DNA of 63,129 nucleotides, the filler included, from Hyphochytrium catenoides (taxonomy: Eukaryota > Protista > Hyphochytriomycota), in the NCBI GenBank assembly GCA_900088475.1. It is 16 parts of 16 records of this genome, joined end to end, with 100 filler letters (N's around TTAATTAATTAA, not from the genome) between each part and the next. Parts side by side here need not be neighbours in the genome. Positions count along the whole stretch, not along the records: positions 36,949 to 38,932 come from FLMG01002307.1; positions 39,033 to 41,786 come from FLMG01000236.1; positions 41,887 to 43,722 come from FLMG01000110.1; positions 43,823 to 45,888 come from FLMG01001847.1; positions 45,989 to 47,170 come from FLMG01001264.1; positions 47,271 to 54,078 come from FLMG01002776.1; 10 more parts are not named here. One strand, written 5' to 3'. Made by a program: the position numbers and the translations under genes. Below are positions 38,602 through 49,830 of the stretch, piece after piece. Below the pieces are notes generated by a model. The model searched no databases. It was not told where the DNA came from and worked only from the letters and a program-made list of their open reading frames with translations. Position 1 is the stretch's first letter. Each line of letters begins with the position of its first letter.

Positions 38602-39032
38602 CTGTAAAACGACATGAGTAAAGTTTGGGTCAACTCTGAGGCAACATTGGGTAAACGTATGAAAGGACGAGTCAAAATTGGGTAAAGTGGAGTCTTGGGG
38701 TGGGATGGTTCTGCAAACATTGGGTAAACCAGACGTGTCTTACCCGCACCTAGAGTAAAAAGTAGCCGCCAAGTTGCCATAACAAGGGATACTTTGGGTA
38801 AACTTCCAGGATGGATGGGCAACTGCTGGTGGTTACCAAAGAGAAATCTAAAAAGAAATCTAAAATGATTCTGGTCCTGCTTCTGGAGTCATGTGCCGCA
38901 AAATTTGAATTAGCCGCCTCTTTTGATGTGAANNNNNNNNNNNNNNNNNNNNNNNNNNNNNNNNNNNNNNNNNNNNTTAATTAATTAANNNNNNNNNNNN
39001 NNNNNNNNNNNNNNNNNNNNNNNNNNNNNNNN

Positions 39033-40829
39033 GGGAAAGAAAATCACCTGGGAGGGTCTACAAAGTCAAGAAGAGCTCAGCGCCGACGATGACGGCGAAA
39101 GCCTTGGACTGGAAGAGAGTAATGAACGCGCACGAGAGGCCGATCTTGGCGGCAATAGCGCTGCGGAGACGGAGGAGAACGAATGTAAGTTTATGTTAGG
39201 GTTGAGGACAGCGGGTCATCCTCCTAAGTTCAACATGAGACTTACTCCGCCATCTCGAACTAAATAATATAGGGTCGGTCCTTGGCACCAACAGAAGGAG
39301 CGGTCGAAGGCAAATCGATAGAAGCACAATGGTGGGAAGAAATGGACTGCAACCAGTCAGTGCACCTCAGTATGTCCAGAGATGCCAGACAGTCACATCT
39401 TGCGGCTAAGGTGTTCGTGAGGCACTCTGGTCACGCTAAGTGAAGCGCAGGAGCGCAGATGCTGGTTGATCAAGCGTAATAGGTATTCCTGTCATTGGTT
39501 GACTAACTTGTGCTAACTTATGCATGCCAATTGTCCCATGATCGTAGGGTCAATCCGGACCATATAAATCAACAAGGAGGCTGGCAGAATAGAGCTCTTC
39601 GGACTAAGTCTTATGCTACTGCCGTGCCCGGGGACGCCCTGGGCAGAAGAAGCACTCTCAGAAATGGAGGAGCTCCACCAATCACTATCCAGCAACAGTG
39701 ATCCAAAGAAGGATACAGCCGCCATTCACCACCTCCACCTGCTATCTGGCTGAGGGAACCTACTCTTCAGGTTTGTGTAATAGGCAGTGGCCAAAGAGTC
39801 ACCTTGCTTCTTCCTTTCCAGGCTATGGATTGCTTCTATGGTCACGCCGAACGCTAATTTCTCAGCTACACTGTTCTTGTTATACAGACAGTGACTGTCC
39901 CATTTAGCTTCAATCCTTCTATTGCCAATGAGTTCTCACTAACACCTTCATCCCTTTCTCCCTCACTTTTTCCTCGAAAAAACGAATCTGATTACCTTTT
40001 TTAGTGTGCAGCTTCGATTTACTACAGGCTAAGGGACCATCAAAAGTTTGACCCCCAGGACCATATCATCTTCCAGCACCCAATTTTTAATTGGATGGAA
40101 TGGCATGGGTTAGTAAGAGCAGTCCAGGAAGCAGAATTAAGTGGTAGCAAGAGTTATGCGGAAGAGAATATGCGAATGCAAGCGAATCCAGCTATTGTTG
40201 ACGCGATTGGTCGACTCACAAGTCGCGTCGACAAGATTGAAGGTCTACTCCTTGAAATCCGTGAGTATATGGACAGCGTTGATAGTAGTTTACACAGCTT
40301 GACCGACCAAGTCAGAGCTCTTGGACGGGGTGCAGAGACCCATGGCGGTCCATCAGGGGGTACTAGTGACATCCCTCTCCCTCTATTCGTACGTCAGCAG
40401 AGTGGATCAAGAGAACAAGTTTTTCCCACAGCTGTTCCGGAAGGTCCGCCTAACCCTGCAGCTGCTTTCAGGACGATAGGGCAGTTAGAAAGTATTGCTG
40501 ACCTCTACAGGGAATGGGAGGAAGGATGGACCGTAGATGGGGTGACATATCCTCCTCCTCTACGTGAACTTGAGAAGGACAAGTCCTGGAGATCCAACAA
40601 CATTGGGATTAAAAACCAAGTTGCTCTACGGATGGTAGTCCTAAAAGCTGTGCAGGAGAGGGCGAACGTGGAGAAAATCAACCAAGCCAGCGCTTGTCTG
40701 CGCCTCGACCTGCAGCGTACAGGTGGCACAACGTCTACAGCTACAAACATCGCCCACTCCATAAAGCCACTGACAGTCTACCAATTTGCTAGACTGCTTC
40801 AGAACAAGGGCAAGGGTGGCAACAAATAA
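39033..40829 (+). mobile_element. Crypton (CryptonF/Ndc10-like) tyrosine-recombinase transposon with introns and C-terminal GCR1_C domain; recombinase part inactivated
   Basis: HSGHAK*SAGAQMLVDQA|VNPDHINQQGGWQNRALRTKSY (HxxR, W, Y); DTAAIHHL..WLR; HIIFQHPIFN; GCR1_C-like SIADLYREWEEG...PPLRELEK..WR in an open 244-aa ORF. Confidence 0.8.
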
Positions 40830-40844
40830 TGGACCGCTTCAGCA

Positions 40845-41786
40845 TGAAAGTGAGGGGAGTGGGAAAGAGTGAGGTATTGATCACTATTGCTGTGAATAGA
40901 GTTATTTAAGGAGAGGGTCACACCCCCAATGTGCATTATTGTAGTATTTACAGTGAGGAGTGTCAGAGAGTGAGGCAGGCAAAGTGATCCCTATCAACAG
41001 CAGCTCACAGGGCGGGTGAGATTGACTGTCACTGAGACTGTCTGAAGGTGTTGTCATGGCTCAATCAAAGCTTGATGCTTTTTTGCTGTTAATAGAGCTT
41101 TTTAAGGACAGGGTCAGACCACTTGTGCTTTATTGTAGTAAAGTGAGGGGAGTGGTAGAGAGTGAGGCAGGTATAGTGATCATTATCAACAGCAACTCAC
41201 TGGGCGAGTGAGATTGACTGTCAGTGAGTCTGTCTGAAGGTATTGTCATGACTCAATCGAAGCTTGATGCCTTTTTGCTGTTAATAGAGCTTTTCAAGGA
41301 CAGGGTCAGACCCCTTGTGCTTTATTGTAGTAAAGTCCGGGGAGTGGAAGGGAGGGAGGCAGGTATAGTGATCATTTTGGACAGCAACTCACAGGGCGAG
41401 TGAGATTGACTGTCAGTGAGTCTGTCTGAAGGTATTGTCATCGCTCAATCGAAGCTTGATGCCGTTTTGCTGTTAATAGAGCTTTTTAAGGACAGGGTCA
41501 GACCCCATGTGCTTTATTGTAGTAAAATCCGGGGAGTGGGAGGGAGGGAGGCAGGTATAGTGATCATTTTGGACAGCAACTCACTGGGCGATTGAGATTG
41601 ACTGTCAGTGAGTCTGTCTGAAGGTACTGTCATGGCTCAATCGAAGCTTGATGCCGTTTTGCTGTTAATAGAGCTTTTCAAGGACAGGGTCAGACCCCTT
41701 GTGCTTTATTGTAGTAAGGTCCGGGGAGTGAGAGTGAGGAAGGCAGGTATAGTGATCATTATCAACAGCAACTCACAGGGCGGGTG
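40845..41786. repeat. 192-bp tandem satellite (4 full units plus a degenerate lead-in), running into the contig end
   Basis: (G/T)TGAGATTGACTG recurs at 41016, 41208, 41400 and 41592, and a fifth unit starts at 41784, an exact 192-bp spacing. Confidence 0.93.
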
Positions 41787-42572
41787 NNNNNNNNNNNNNN
41801 NNNNNNNNNNNNNNNNNNNNNNNNNNNNNNTTAATTAATTAANNNNNNNNNNNNNNNNNNNNNNNNNNNNNNNNNNNNNNNNNNNNATCTCTTTCCCACC
41901 CTCTGTTTCGTACTTGGAAGTGTGGACAGTTTCCATTATTCTGTGCCTCTCTCACTTTGGCACTCTACCTCAATCACGTCTACTCTGTCTTTGCATTACC
42001 TAGCTCTTATTCCTCTCCTTTACATCTCTACTTGGTCCTTGCCACCTCACGCCCACTCTGTGTCTATAACAAATGGGCTCAAACTTTGGGCAGAGGCCTC
42101 AAAATAACATGTAACATCCATTAGGGATGGATGGGCTAATATCGGTATATGTTTGGGAGGACCCGGCTACTTTACCCTACATTGACCTACCCACAACCCC
42201 AACCCATCGGTTATTCTTGGGCTGCCCTGAGCACATGGTGACAAAATGGTCGAACATAACCGCCGTGTTCAAAGGTGGGGGGCGGGGGGTATACCTCCGC
42301 AACTTGAACATATAGACCATTCTAAGGAAGGAGAGACTCTACCTCTTCGTTGGTGAAGCACCTCGCATACTCTAGGTCTCCAGGTATTTAGGTTAACCCC
42401 TCTCCCAACCCCCAAACCAAACAAAGACTAAAACGCTAGATCTTTCCGTGCAATTTATTGATTATCGTAACTTGAGTCTTTCTCTGGTTTGATCCTTCCG
42501 GCCGCACCAGTCCGCCGTGAGGTCTCATGCGCCACTGACATCACCAAAAAAGAGAATCCAATGACATGACTG

Positions 42573-42640
<68 letters not shown>

Positions 42641-43080
42641 TTTCTCTTTCCCTATCGTCCGCTGTCCCTCTCTCCTCCCATATCTCTTCCTTTTTGCTCT
42701 GCGAGACTTCTTGACAACTGGCTGCTCGCCGCCTAAGAAGACTGTGGAGGACAATGACCCAGTAGTGGCATCCGCGGCGGGTTGCCAGAAGGAGAGCACA
42801 AAGGAAGCTGTAATAAGCATAAGAGCTTCTACCTTCAGTCTTGAAGCACTGGAAGACGCCAGGCTCTACCAGCCCACTAATTAAGGAAGAAAGAAAGCAT
42901 CAGCAGACTAGCACTCTTATAACAAGGGCGAAAGATAGAGAAATCTTCCTCGGTTCAATCTTCAGGTCTGCGGAACAGACAGAGTGTGCTGGGAGGGCTC
43001 GATAGTCGGAGATTGGGGACGGAGTTATAGACAGAGAAAGGGAGAAACAAAGAGGTGCTGCCCCTTTCTTTCTCTTAACC

Positions 43081-43506
43081 ATGGCAAGAGAGCTGCCGGC
43101 GCGTCCGCCTTTACCCTTTCACGTCCATCTCATCCGAACCGTTGTCTTTCTCGTTCTCAGTCCCCTGGCATTGCTTCGAGATGGCTATCGGAGACTTGCT
43201 CTTTTCTTTTCTGGTGAAAAGACTCTGCAAAGGGGGAGGGAAAGCCGAGAAAGAGCGCCCCGAGTGGTCATTGTTGGCGGCTCTTTTGCGGGCCTGAAGG
43301 CAGGGCAAGTACTCGCTGTCTCAGGGGAGATACTGGAGTTGGTGGTAATAGATAGAAAAGAATATCTCGAGTACACGCCAGGCATCTTGCGGGCGCTGGT
43401 TGAGCCTCAGCATCTCTATCGCCTGACTTGCAGTCTAGAGCACTCTGTCTCTAAGCTGGGAGGAAGGTTTGTCCAGGGTCAAGTGGAAGCAATAGGCGAG
43501 AAAGAG
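43081..43506 (+). CDS. AIFM2/FSP1/AMID-like FAD-dependent NAD(P)H oxidoreductase, first exon
   Basis: Hydrophobic N-terminus, then RVVIVGGSFAG (Rossmann motif), VVIDRKEYLEYTPGILRALVEP. Donor GAG|GTACGG at 43506. Confidence 0.8.
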
Positions 43507-43822
43507 GTACGGCAAGGGCCCTGGTAGCGCTAACATCCTATATCTACTATGACAGACTCCTTCCTTCCAGTGGTCGGACCATTCTGTCAAAGTCCGTTCT
43601 TTGTTTGTGCACCTTCTCTTTTGCCTGTCTGTCTCTGTCTCTTCTCCTTCTCCCGCCATCATTTCCGCGTTTCTGGGTTCTGTCTTTTTTCTCTTCTGTC
43701 TCCCTTCTCTCTCTCTCTCTCTNNNNNNNNNNNNNNNNNNNNNNNNNNNNNNNNNNNNNNNNNNNNTTAATTAATTAANNNNNNNNNNNNNNNNNNNNNN
43801 NNNNNNNNNNNNNNNNNNNNNN

Positions 43823-43852
43823 ATTCTTGATTACAGCCTTTCTGTCTGTCAT
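43823..43852 (-). CDS. DYNLL1: Dynein light chain LC8, first 10 codons (cut by contig end)
   Basis: ATG at 43852 gives MTDRKAVIKN, nearly identical to the LC8 N-terminus M(S/C)DRKAVIKNADM. Confidence 0.75.
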
Positions 43853-45417
43853 GTTTGAAATTATGAAGCTGGTCCTTGATGTCTATCTGCATTAACAAAA
43901 GGAAATAAGAGGCAGAGCTCCGTATAGCCAAAGCCGACACAGCGCATCCATTACCTGTAGATGTGGACTTGGTACAAGGTATTAGCCAAGAGCTGCTCTT
44001 GAAATGTACGCGCCAGTGGGAATGGGTTGGCTGCGCCTAAAACCAGGGGGACGAAGTAGAGGTGCAGACGGAGCTCTGAGCTCTAGATTGTTCGGCAACT
44101 GACACTTCGACGACCTTAGCGGCGGCCACGCTAGCCCTGGGAGCGCCGCGCCGTGTACCGACCGAGCCGCGGGAAACTGTTATAACGGGTACCCAGACTC
44201 CGGTAGGATGTTTTCCACTATCGAGGTCATTTGTACCTTAACTCAGTAGATAATGCTTCTTCTAAAATACAGGATATCGGATTGTTGTTGACGGATTAGG
44301 ATATTTCTTATAAGTAGCGTACTGATCATGGATCTTACCATAGCGCCGTGCCGGAGACGGATTCCAGCAGCGCTCTCATCAGAGAATAATGATGAAGATT
44401 TTATTGGGAACGTCCTATTATTGTGTGTATGTATATATCCCTATTATATAGTTCTATGGCCCCTGCCTTGCCGCCTTGCCCTAACCCTAACCTCGGTGGA
44501 CACTAATTAGCTCTAAGTCACTGGAAAGCGTTAACCCTAAGATAATACCTTTCGTCCGACACGTAGTGCGTACTATATCTACCCAAAACAGATTTTGGAG
44601 ATTTTCTATAAACAATAATTGATTAAGATTTATTTATAGATCGCCATTGTTCATACTTTACACGGAGCGTCAAGGGACCGATTGCCTTACGTTTATCATT
44701 GGTAAAAGGTGAGGAGTAAGAGCCATTGAGCGCAGCAGCTACGATGACGGGGCAGAAGGAAGAAAGGAGGTTAGGCAAGCTATGAAGGAAATAAAGCTCA
44801 TCATTTTATCAATATTGCATTATCTGCCTTGCAATGGCTGCAGCGACTATGGATGGGTGCAGTTCTTGCCTATGTCCTAGCATCTCTCTTGTCTCCATCT
44901 CCGACCTTTGTCTACCACTCCTCAGCGGCCGAATGAGGTGCCAAATTGTCCGTAAAGTAAAGATATGTGATGGTGATGATAGGTGATCGTGGTGACCCGT
45001 ATGTTAAACGATGAAAGGCTGGACATCCTTCTTCACACGACGGTTGTGGGCGGAGGAGATTGAAAGAGAAAGAGGAAGCGGAGGCTAACGATCAAGTACG
45101 AATAAGAACACAACGAATGGCTCCTTGAGCCCTAAGCACTAATTATTATAAGACTTCTTCATAACTCTGTCGCATTCCAGCCTCAACCCGTCACATCATA
45201 GCCGGCCGAACTACCTCTTTTTCATATTAGACGGTGCTGAGGAGAAACTATAGCTTTGTCGTATAATAATTCTTATAAGCATGCCTGGGCCATCGAGCTC
45301 ACAGGCGAAACAAGACGGTGAGTGTGGACTTAAGCTACATCGAAAAGCGATAGAAAAACAACTGTTCCCGATGAAAGAGGTGTGAGCAAGCTGCTGAGCG
45401 TCAATCAAACCCTGTAT

Positions 45418-45888
45418 TTATAGATGGACGACATCAGCCAGCTTCTTCCGACTCGTCTCCGTACGCAGGAGAAGCGAACTGAAGCCTCCTACCACCATCA
45501 TGGTGCTCGTTACCACCAGGAGAAGCGCCACGTGAGCCATCAGCGAGCCATTCACAAATTGCGCTACCATTGAGCCAACCCGACCGGCAGAAGCCAGAAC
45601 ACCCATTGCCGAGGTTCGGAGGGAGGTAGGGAAAGACTCAGCCGAGAGAGCATCCAACTGCCATCAATCGAAGCGTTAGGGCGAAAGCGTCAGGGTCTTC
45701 CGTTGTACAAGAGGATGGACACGAGGTAAGCAGAACAGCAAGACAGGAGATGAGTTGAAGAGGATTCCTTCAACTCAGGGAACTACACACCGCGGGACAT
45801 TGGAAACGCCGAGGAAGGGAAGTTAAAAGGCGGTAACGTAAGCTTAGACCGTACTTACCGCATTCCAAGCAGGGATGGTGAACATATT
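45418..45888 (-). CDS. MFS transporter (SV2/SVOP-like), last two exons
   Basis: NMFTIPAWNA|LDALSAESFPTSLRTSAMGVLASAGRVGSMVAQ...RTET. Matches the MFS E-x-F-P-T-x-x-R and TM11-12 motifs. Confidence 0.85.
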
Positions 45889-45988
45889 NNNNNNNNNNNN
45901 NNNNNNNNNNNNNNNNNNNNNNNNNNNNNNNNTTAATTAATTAANNNNNNNNNNNNNNNNNNNNNNNNNNNNNNNNNNNNNNNNNNNN

Positions 45989-47170
45989 GTTGGGTCAGTC
46001 TTTGCTATGGACAACCAGCGATGTTACTCTTCGGCCCCTATACACTGTCCAGTGCTTCTGGAGTTCAGCAAGGCGACCCTTTGGGACCCCTCCTTTTTTC
46101 ATTGGCATTGCGCCGCTTAACTAACCGGATAGATGCAGAGGTGCCTGGTCTGGACTTACATGCCTGGTACCTAGACGACGGGACTTTTGTTGGCCGCCAG
46201 GAGGATGTTCGACGAGCTCTCACCATTGTACAGGAATACTCTGGAGAGCTTGGCTTATCTCTTAACCTCGCGAAGTGTGAGCTCTGGTGGCCCACGCAGG
46301 TAAATGAGTGGCCAAATTTTCCTGATCCCATCCGTCGTTGTCCGCCTAGCGGGGTGGACATTCTCGGGACTCCGATTGGCTCCCTTGACTTCGTAACCCA
46401 ACACCTTAGAGATATCATAGGAAAGCTCCATGGTATTGATGCCGCGCTAGACGCTGTCGAGGATGCACAGATCGAGCTTTGTTTATTTCGCGGCTGTTTA
46501 GGGTATGGAAGAATCAACCATTTACTCAGGACTTGCTCACCTCATCTGTTGGAGACATCGGTGGGAGAATTTGATCTTCGTCTACTTGAGGTGCTCCGCG
46601 CTGTACTGCGCACGCCAGCGATACCAGAAGACGTTTGGATGCAGACCTCTCTACCTACTCGTCATGGTGGACTGGGAGTATCCCGCTCAACGTATATCCA
46701 CAAAGCGGCATTCATTGGCTCTTCTTTGCAGACCGCATCTTTGACAGCCGCCCTACTTAAGCGACCTAGGCAGGACTTTGTCCCAGACGATGTTCTCGAA
46801 CTCCTTGCCCGACACAATCACGAGACGCAAAGTGACCATGATGCTGCCGCCCTGATACATGTCCCGAACGTTCAGAAACTACTCTCAAAAGACGTGTGGC
46901 GGTCTCTTCAACATCGGTTGCTAACACAGGCATCGCTCAGAAACAGAGCTCGTCTTTTAGCTGTAGGCATGAGTCATGCCGGAGCCTTTGTCCATGCTCG
47001 CCCCATTCCTGCCTTACATCAGCGGGTGCAAGACTCAGGTCTATTTAGGATTATGCTTCGAAGATACCTTGGGATCCCTCTCTTGGATCAGCCTGACATT
47101 TGCAGACTTTGTCAAGCTCCATTTGATCTTTATGGTGACCATGCTATGGTTTGTAGGACGGGAAGAGACA
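45989..47170 (+). mobile_element. Non-LTR retrotransposon reverse transcriptase, CRE/SLACS-like clade, open across the whole contig
   Basis: GVQQGDPLGPLLF, AWYLDDG, GLSLNLAKCE, LPTRHGGLG, and CCHC finger CRLC...DLYGDHAMVC. Confidence 0.9.
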
Positions 47171-47787
47171 NNNNNNNNNNNNNNNNNNNNNNNNNNNNNN
47201 NNNNNNNNNNNNNNTTAATTAATTAANNNNNNNNNNNNNNNNNNNNNNNNNNNNNNNNNNNNNNNNNNNNGTTACCGGTTAAAATGCGTTATGAGTATCT
47301 CTGTTGATACTACTATCGCTATCTCCCAATGCTTCTTGCTCGTCTTCATTGCTTCAGCAGCAAGCGCCTTAGGGTCAGGAGCAGCAACTGAGTTGGGGTC
47401 AGAACTACTGCGAAGATCATAAGTACTGAATGGTTCGATAGGCCTCTACTCTCGTCTCTTTATTAGTATCTGACGACGGTCGCCTCTTCCATCAGAAACT
47501 GTTTATTGTTCTCGTCGCTCCTCGGTATCTTCTCATCTTGTTCATCATCATCTCCGAACTCTACTTGGAGAAGAAGAACCAGGGGGAAACGAATCTGCTT
47601 TTATAGGTTTAGTTCTAATAAAGCCAAGACCCAAAGCAGCAGTCTCTATCCCTCTCTTGATATAATAACCTTCTCTTCCATGCTTTTCGGGACCTGGTTC
47701 TCAAAGTCTCCCGCGACCCTCGGACTTCCTCCCGGGCTCCAATTAGAAGCCCTGAAGATTTTCTTTTGGCTTCTCAACTTCGAAATA

Positions 47788-47980
47788 GTCAGTAGCGGCC
47801 TTTGATGTGTCCGTCACGGCTTCTCGGCAATCCAGAACCCTTTCTTACGTAGCAATCCATGCCGGCTATCAAGGTTCCTTGTCTGAGAAAGCAATGGTGA
47901 AAAAGTGCGACGAGGGTCTTTGTCAAGCTGTGGGGCTGCAGGTTGTGCCGCTAGTTTGGGCGTCTCTCGGTGGAGTCATG
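47788..47980 (+). mobile_element. Degenerate restriction-like endonuclease (RLE) fragment of a CRE-type retrotransposon
   Basis: AAFDVSVT...EKAMVKKCDEGLCQAVGLQVVPLVWASLGG resembles the D-V-T...E..K..KY...C...F.PL..E.LGG pattern. Confidence 0.65.
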
Positions 47981-49605
47981 CTGCGTGGACCAACTTGTGG
48001 AGCGTCAGAGTGATCGTTCTGTTCTTGATGGTTCTCGGCATCATCTTCTCACCCTCCTTCTCCTTCTTCTCCTGTTGTTATTGCAGAAGAAGTCAACTAT
48101 GCTTCATCCTTCCCTAATACCGAGCGCGGAGAAGATAGATGTTGATAAAGAAGAGACGAAGGCTTTATAGCTCTTGTTATTTCTTCTTTCTTTACCTCTT
48201 CTTCTCTTTCTTCTCTTCATCGTCTTCCTCTCTTTCTTCTTTTTGGTTCTTCTTCTTTTTTCTCTTTCTTCTCCTTGGGTAGTAGTCAACAGTAAGTTAA
48301 AACTATAAAGTATGATTCTTCTTATTCCGATAGCTGTGGTCGAGGAGGAGAGCGCGCTGAAGAGTCCAGGACCCTGCTGCTCTTGCCTCTTCTTACTTTC
48401 CTCTTCCTCTTCTCCCCCTCCTACTTCTTCTTCCTCTTCTCCCCCTCCTCCTCCTCCTCCTCCTCCTTATTCTTCTTAAAGCAGCGTTTTCGGATAATAA
48501 CAAAAAAATATGTTTACATAATATGTTGGTCACCATTTGTCTGAGTGCAATTTAACTGCATACGATCCGGGGAGGTTTGCTTGTACTTCGTTAGATGTTC
48601 TGTCTGAGAATGGTAGCCTCTGATTTGGAGCTATCAAGAAGAAAATATTTCAGACACAAGAACAAGAAAAAGGAGAAAGAAGAAGCAGAAGAAGAAGAAG
48701 GAGATGACGAAGAAGAAAAAAGCTGAAGAAGGGACAAGAGCTACTAACTATTAACTTTTAGAGAAAGTCTGTACATGAAATGAGGGCCGGCATTTGTGTC
48801 ACACAAATATACTTGTATGCGGTTTGGCCAGGACCACTTCTGCTTCATTTGTCTACTTTTTGTATATCGGGTTAAAGTGACAATAGCTGCAACTCCGATG
48901 ACCAACTAAGAAGAAGTAAAAGGAGAAGGAGAAAAGAAAGAAAATGAAAGAAGATGAGGAAGAAGAGAGACGACAAGCTGTAAAGCCTTGGTCTCCTCCT
49001 CAGCTCGATCTGCTCCACTTTTCTCAGCATAAAAGCTCATTTTAGGTAAACGTGGACGCAAAATAAACCCTACGGAGAGCGGAAGAGGCCAAGAGAAGAG
49101 AGTGAGAGGGAACGTTGACCTCCTTTGTGATAATTTGACAAAGGATGCAAGTACAACCTCGAGACAGAAGAAGATTTTGGTAGGCCTCACGACAATCGCT
49201 AATAGAGAAGTTTAATAGTACAATAAAGTTCATCATGGCATCAGAAATGGCATCATCAGTCACAAAGGAAGAGTCGAGATGTGTGGCCACCGCTGAAGAA
49301 CAATGAAGAAAGGAGAAGAGGATGCACAGCACAACATAAGAACCCAAGTACCTAACTGCTGTATGAAAGTAGTATTATTAAGTCTCCCAGACCTCGCCGC
49401 TGCTGACTTCGCCATCAAAAAGAAGCTCTTCAATGACCTTTTGTTCACCGTCCGAAGGCAACCCCAGGCTTTTTGCTCTTCTCTCGAATCCTCTCCAGAC
49501 GAAGAATGAGATTAGCATTGCATGTTTGTTGATCACCTCCTCCCCCAGCTCGCGCCTGGGCAACATGATGTAGTTCTACCTCTTGGCTTGATGTGAAGAC
49601 ATCTT

Positions 49606-49830
49606 TTATACATCATACTTTCCACCATGTCGTCCTTGATCTTCAGAAGCAATGCCATTTTCACAAGTGTCTGGGCGACGTCGTCCGGAAGAGATGGGGA
49701 GTCCAGAAATGTCAAAGCTCCTCTCGATGCCAGCAGATGAGGCCGGTAGAGGCAGAACAATCTGGTTACCTCTGTGAAATGGGGATAAAACCTTCTTGCA
49801 TTTCTTTGCTGAAGAGAAGAACTTCATTTC
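49606..49830 (-). mobile_element. hAT transposase C-terminal dimerisation domain relic
   Basis: IVLPLPASSAGIERSFDISG, then after a frameshift TLVKMALLLK. Matches the hAT PASSAxxERxFS motif. Confidence 0.7.

Noticed and set aside
29713-39443. Stop-codon reassignment suggested by in-frame TAG (Copia gag, 29713) and TGA (Crypton, 39441)
   Set aside because: Both elements also carry frameshifts. Host genes end in TAA, TAG and TGA, and the exons I traced have no internal stops.
44479-44540. Interstitial CCCTAACCCTAACC
   Set aside because: Only about 2 units plus one isolated copy; too short to call.
45989-47980. RT contig and RLE fragment as one continuous element
   Set aside because: They are separated by an artificial spacer and 500 bp of unrelated sequence, and the RLE piece is degenerate while the RT is intact.
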